Made by a program: the position numbers and the translations under genes. Below the pieces are notes generated by a model. The model was not told the DNA's origin. It saw only the letters and a program-made list of their open reading frames with translations, and made no database searches. A stretch of DNA of 32,000 nucleotides from an uncultured Alphaproteobacteria bacterium (GTDB lineage Bacteria; Pseudomonadota; Alphaproteobacteria; Rs-D84): positions 150,001 through 182,000 of the forward strand of contig OZ007020.1 in assembly GCA_963931495.1 (NCBI GenBank). The letters run 5' to 3'. Position 1 is the first letter of the stretch. Each line of letters begins with the position of its first letter. Of the stretch, positions 28,233 to 32,000 are shown piece by piece.

Positions 28233-28309
28233 GGGTGGTTAGCTCAGTTGGTTAGAGCGTTACGTTGACATCGTAAAGGTCGTTGGTTCGAGTCCAATAC
28301 CACCCACCA
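28233..28309 (+). tRNA. tRNA-Val (anticodon GAC), CCA encoded
   Basis: Acceptor GGGTGGT/ACCACCC, D arm GCTC/GAGC, anticodon stem TTACG/CGTAA with loop TTGACAT, T arm GTTGG-TTCGAGT-CCAAT. Confidence 0.93.
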
Positions 28310-28338
28310 TTTGAATAATATGCAATATGTGATACATG

Positions 28339-28367
28339 TTGGAATTATAGTGATGCGAATGTATAAT
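28339..28367 (+). promoter_or_regulatory. Sigma70-like promoter for metG
   Basis: TTGGAA-17-TATAAT, about 80 nt upstream of the metG ATG. Confidence 0.45.
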
Positions 28368-28398
28368 TAATCTTGATAAAAAATTCTGACGGGATTCT

Positions 28399-28418
28399 TG
28401 GGCGCCCCGTTGGGCGCC
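28399..28418 (+). promoter_or_regulatory. GC-only hairpin / tandem 8-bp palindromes in the metG leader
   Basis: GGGCGCCC-cgtt-GGGCGCCC. Each 8-mer is self-complementary, and together they form a perfect 8-bp stem followed by ATATATTTT, 30 nt before the metG ATG. Confidence 0.5.
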
Positions 28419-28447
28419 CATATATTTTGATAAAAAGGCATAAAGAC

Positions 28448-30454
28448 ATGACGACCGATAACAAAAAACAAAAATATTTAATTACATCTGCATTGCCGTA
28501 TGTTAACGGTGAATTACACCTGGGGCACTTGGTGGGATGTTGGTTGCCATCGGATGTATATGCACGTTTTTGTCGCGCACGCGGGCGTGATGTGCTGTAT
28601 ATCTGTGGCGCCGACGAACATGGCACGCCCGCAATGGTTGGCGCAATGAAAGAAAATATGCCTGTGTCGGAATATACAGACAAATATTATGAAAAGCAAT
28701 TACGCGCAGTTAATGATTTTGAATTGTCGTTTGATTTATATGGGCGAACGCACACAAAATTGCAAGAAAAATTAGTTCAAGATTTATTTACACGATTGGA
28801 CACATTGGGATTAATTGAAGAACGTGAAACACTGCAACCTTTTTCTGTTGACGACAATATGTTCTTGGCCGACCGGCAATTGGTTGGAACGTGTCCAAAT
28901 TGTGGTTATGAACATGCACGTGGTGACCAATGCGATAATTGCAGTGCAACATACGATGCATCTGAATTAATAAATCCGCACAGCACAATATCTGGCAGCA
29001 CAAACATAGAAATGCGTCCAACAAAAAATCTGTTTTTCTTGGCGTCACGCGCCCAAGAAATTTGGAAAAAATGGTTAACAGAAAATTCAACAGGTTGGTC
29101 AAAAACAGCAATAAATATTGCCCAAGGATGGGCCAAGGCTGGATTGCAAGATTATTCTATTACACGTGATTTGTCATGGGGAATTCCAGTTAACAAGCCC
29201 GGATATGAAAACAAGGTGTTTTATGTATGGTTTGATGCGCCATGGGGATATGTTTCTATTTCCCAGGCCGCAACCGATAATTGGGCATCATGGTGGAAAA
29301 ATGATGATACACACTATGCACAATTTATGGGCAAAGATAATGTTAAATTCCATGCTGTTTTATTCCCGCAACAGCAATTGGCATTAAACGACAATTGGAA
29401 AACTGTTAACCAATTAAAGGCCATGAATTTCTTGAATTTTGAAGGGGGAAAATTTTCAAAATCTGAAAAACGTGGTGTGTTTTTAACCGATGCATTGTCT
29501 GTCGCACCGGCCGATGCGTGGCGTTATGCACTGATGGCATCCGCCCCAGAAACAGATGATACAGATTTTACATTTGTTCGCTTTGCCGATATCGTGAACA
29601 AAGATCTGAATGGTATGTTGGGAAATTTTGTATCACGCGTGTGTAAACTGACACAAAAAAACTTTGGTAATACTGTGCCAAACGCCGGCGAACACGATAC
29701 AGCATTATGCGCACAAATAAATGAAAAATTACGCGAATTAACAGATGCGTTGGATGCATGTGAATTCCGCGCCGCCATCGTTGCACTGCGTTCATTATAT
29801 GCGATTGGCAATGAATATATGACCGCGCAAGAACCATGGACATTGGTCAAAAATGGTGATACAGGCGCAGCAGGCGCGGTATTAAATCAATGCTTTCAAT
29901 TAATTGACCTGTATGCGCGCATATCTGCGCCATTTATACCAGATGCCGCCAATAAAATACGGGGCGTGTTCCCAGATTCTGATCTGGATTTATCATGGCC
30001 GGACGAATATGCGCCACGTGTGGCAGATGGTGCAAAATTTGTTGTACCAGATAATCTGTTTTCGCGCATTGATGACGAAACTGTTAAAAAATTAACGGCG
30101 CAATATGCACCAAAATCTGATAATGCGCCCAAACCAATTGTCGCAAAAATCGTTGCTGTTCGGCCACATCCAACGCGTAACAATCTGCATATCTTGGCCG
30201 TGGATGATGGTACAAATCACGAATTACAAATCGTGTGCGGCGCACCAAATGTTCGCGTCGGAATGATTGGTGTTTTGGCGCCTGTGGGGGCAAAATTACC
30301 TGGAATGAAAAAGCCAATTACCCAAAGAACCGTTGCAAACACAGAATCTTTTGGCATGATGTGCAGCGCGGCAGAAATCGGCATCGGCGATGATGCGGAT
30401 AATATCATTGAACTAAACGATGACGCAAAACCCGGTGATATATTCAAAGGATAA
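28448..30454 (+). CDS. metG: Methionine--tRNA ligase with C-terminal tRNA-binding domain
   Basis: HIGH-type motif (GELHLGHL), KMSKS-type motif (KFSKS), zinc knuckle CPNCG..CDNC, and a C-terminal Trbp111/EMAP-like domain (LQIVCGAPNV, ESFGMMCSAAEIG). ATG 28448 is preferred over the ORF-track TTG at 28373. Confidence 0.96.
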   Translation: MTTDNKKQKYLITSALPYVNGELHLGHLVGCWLPSDVYARFCRARGRDVLYICGADEHGTPAMVGAMKENMPVSEYTDKYYEKQLRAVNDFELSFDLYGRTHTKLQEKLVQDLFTRLDTLGLIEERETLQPFSVDDNMFLADRQLVGTCPNCGYEHARGDQCDNCSATYDASELINPHSTISGSTNIEMRPTKNLFFLASRAQEIWKKWLTENSTGWSKTAINIAQGWAKAGLQDYSITRDLSWGIPVNKPGYENKVFYVWFDAPWGYVSISQAATDNWASWWKNDDTHYAQFMGKDNVKFHAVLFPQQQLALNDNWKTVNQLKAMNFLNFEGGKFSKSEKRGVFLTDALSVAPADAWRYALMASAPETDDTDFTFVRFADIVNKDLNGMLGNFVSRVCKLTQKNFGNTVPNAGEHDTALCAQINEKLRELTDALDACEFRAAIVALRSLYAIGNEYMTAQEPWTLVKNGDTGAAGAVLNQCFQLIDLYARISAPFIPDAANKIRGVFPDSDLDLSWPDEYAPRVADGAKFVVPDNLFSRIDDETVKKLTAQYAPKSDNAPKPIVAKIVAVRPHPTRNNLHILAVDDGTNHELQIVCGAPNVRVGMIGVLAPVGAKLPGMKKPITQRTVANTESFGMMCSAAEIGIGDDADNIIELNDDAKPGDIFKG

Positions 30455-30457
30455 AAT

Positions 30458-30973
30458 ATGGACAATAAAATTAAATTCACTGCATATTGTCTGGGCGACC
30501 CAATTGGGCGCAATGTTAACGTACAAACACTGGAAGAATTTGCGCGCGTGTTGCAATGCGCTGAATTTGATACTGTATATAAAATTTCTGTATCTATCCA
30601 AGAAAATGTTGCCCCGGGTGCTGGGGTGACCGGAAAAAATACCGTTATGTCATATTATATTGCCGATGAAATTAAAACAGTATCTGGTGTGGGGGCTGAT
30701 TTTGAAAAAAGATTTGGTCATATTTTCCCGACCCCGCCCCAGGGAAACAAACACGCAATTATTACCGGATATCGTCCACATACTGTTATCGGACTGCGAA
30801 TCAGTGAAAACACTGTCCCCCGGACAAATCTTGGCTATGACATTGTAATACACGAATTAAACAAACAATACGACAAGGTGTTAAACCGAAAACTGCATCA
30901 AATTTATCCATGTATTCGCCGGCAAATACCGGTAAAATTGCGCAACTTTGTTATTCGGCAAAAACAACGATAA
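30458..30973 (+). CDS. Hypothetical protein (171 aa)
   Basis: ORF starts 3 nt after the metG stop, with AAAGGA upstream. No family recognised; ends in KQR like the 89-aa ORF downstream. Confidence 0.6.
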   Translation: MDNKIKFTAYCLGDPIGRNVNVQTLEEFARVLQCAEFDTVYKISVSIQENVAPGAGVTGKNTVMSYYIADEIKTVSGVGADFEKRFGHIFPTPPQGNKHAIITGYRPHTVIGLRISENTVPRTNLGYDIVIHELNKQYDKVLNRKLHQIYPCIRRQIPVKLRNFVIRQKQR

Positions 30974-30983
30974 AATACATATT

Positions 30984-31036
30984 CATGTCGCATGGCGCAA
31001 CGTGCAGTGCGGGCGCGCATAGGATAAAAAACCGGG
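30984..31036 (+). pseudogene. Fragment resembling the queH 5' end
   Basis: ATGTCGCATGGCGCAACGTGCAGTGCGGGCGCG..ATAAAAAACCGGG aligns with queH 31477..31522. The core GCA-CG-TGCAG-GCGGGCGC matches at 20/22, with a 6-nt insertion. Confidence 0.5.
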
Positions 31037-31042
31037 TGTGTA

Positions 31043-31082
31043 AAGAACAGTTGCAAACCCAGAATCTTTTGGTATGATATGT
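31043..31082 (+). pseudogene. Fragment resembling the metG 3' end (tRNA-binding domain)
   Basis: AAAGAACAGTTGCAAACCCAGAATCTTTTGGTATGATATG aligns with metG 30324..30363 at 36/40 identical by hand alignment. The frame is broken by a stop soon after. Confidence 0.6.
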
Positions 31083-31170
31083 AATCCGCCCGGGAATTGG
31101 CGGGGGTGGTGATTGTGGCAAAACCACAACCAGCACAGAATATACAAAACAATTAAAACAAAGGTTGATT

Positions 31171-31440
31171 ATGTTTAGTAACAGACAAGTTAATTTATGT
31201 ATTAATAATGAAACTGTTCGTGTAATTTGCAATCAATGCAAGTCCAACGAACAATGCATGTCTGGGATGCGGTGCCATGTTTTGCAATATATAACAGAAC
31301 GTTTACCGAATGTAACGTGGCGATATGACGATACCAATCCACAAATCGGTATTACTGCAAATACAGCAGAAGCGCTGGATAAAGCGTATGTGGTTGTTAA
31401 TCGCGCAATCAGAATGCGTACACTGGATAAACAAAGATAA
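31171..31440 (+). CDS. Hypothetical protein (89 aa), Cys-rich N-terminus
   Basis: ATG 31171 lies 6 nt after AAAGG. The N-terminal part has 5 Cys in 30 residues. The C-terminus (LDKAYVVVNR...KQR) loosely resembles that of the 171-aa ORF. Confidence 0.5.
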   Translation: MFSNRQVNLCINNETVRVICNQCKSNEQCMSGMRCHVLQYITERLPNVTWRYDDTNPQIGITANTAEALDKAYVVVNRAIRMRTLDKQR

Positions 31441-31449
31441 TATATTAAT

Positions 31450-32000
31450 ATGCCGGATAAATTGCGGTTGGTTTTAATGTCTTGCTGTGCACCGTGCAGC
31501 GCGGGCGCAATAAAACAACTGGCCGACGGCGAAATATCTGGCATAGATGATTTTATCGTTTTATTTTTTAATCCAAATATTTTTCCCACAGATGAATATG
31601 ACCGGCGATTGGACGAACAGGTGCGTTATTGTGAAAAATTGGGCGTAAAATATGCAATCGGCGAATACGACCACGCGGCATGGCGTAATGCCGTGCGCGG
31701 GATGGAAAATGCACCAGAACGTGGACCACGGTGCAGCGCATGTTTTCGTTTCCGTTTTGAATATGCAAAAAAATGGGCCGCCGAACATGGATATAACGCA
31801 ATATCGTCTGTGTTTGGTGTGTCGCGCCACAAAGATCAATCCCAGGTAGACAGGGCAGGCTGTATAACATTGTCTGATAAGTATATGCCCATTAAATGGG
31901 ATGAACAATTACGTATTGCAATTAACAAGACTGCTGATTTTTACCGACAAAAATATTGCGGATGCGAATTTTCCATACGACCAGATGTAAAGAAAGCACC
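31450..32000 (+). CDS. queH: Epoxyqueuosine reductase QueH (DUF208), partial, continues past the window end
   Basis: Absent from the ORF track because no stop lies in the window. My translation from ATG 31450 is open for 183 codons and contains LMSCCAPCS, RCSACFRFRF and YRQKYCGCEFS, the QueH Cys motifs. Confidence 0.88.
   Translation, partial: MPDKLRLVLMSCCAPCSAGAIKQLADGEISGIDDFIVLFFNPNIFPTDEYDRRLDEQVRYCEKLGVKYAIGEYDHAAWRNAVRGMENAPERGPRCSACFRFRFEYAKKWAAEHGYNAISSVFGVSRHKDQSQVDRAGCITLSDKYMPIKWDEQLRIAINKTADFYRQKYCGCEFSIRPDVKKA

Noticed and set aside
31233-31908. Minus-strand ORFs over the right end of the window
   Set aside because: They are antisense to the open QueH frame, which contains the family's diagnostic Cys motifs.

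Overview
The window reads as a moderately AT-rich (roughly 40 % G+C by eye) bacterial chromosome segment made almost entirely of core housekeeping genes. An SspB-type adaptor, the rsmG-parA-parB cluster and a standalone Pal suggest an alphaproteobacterium-like origin; this is inference only. I can support about 34 CDS: rpsO, truB, mutS, xseB, gpsA, rsmG, parA, parB, pal, a UDG-family protein, infC, pnp, ybaB, a beta-barrel OMP, a GT2 glycosyltransferase, a TolC/MacA/MacB-type efflux pump, mreB, rnpA, yidD, accB, accC, sspB, recF, metG, queH (partial) and several orphans. There are also three tRNA genes (Val-UAC, Cys-GCA, Val-GAC), many hairpin terminators and a few near-consensus promoters. 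Two calls differ from the ORF track: infC most likely starts at an ATT codon at 11150, and a QueH gene runs off the right edge from 31450, so the track does not list it. I found no transposase, integrase, CRISPR array, toxin-antitoxin pair or recognisable defence island, and no convincing new multi-gene system. The points worth a second look are small-scale: (1) a relic head-to-tail duplication between metG and queH that left a queH-5'/metG-3' hybrid junction and two possibly paralogous orphan ORFs; (2) a GC-rich noncoding islet after tRNA-Val(UAC), bounded by a decayed direct repeat of the tRNA 3' half; (3) a small cysteine-rich, probably secreted ORF behind a consensus promoter; (4) a duplicated 52-bp module carrying parS-like palindromes upstream of parAB; (5) a 470-bp noncoding region with plus-strand terminators directly ahead of the glycosyltransferase; (6) a UDG-fold protein whose catalytic motif looks degenerate; (7) a stereotyped CCGGC-loop-GCCGG terminator family. 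All similarity statements come from by-eye reading and hand alignment and need computational confirmation.
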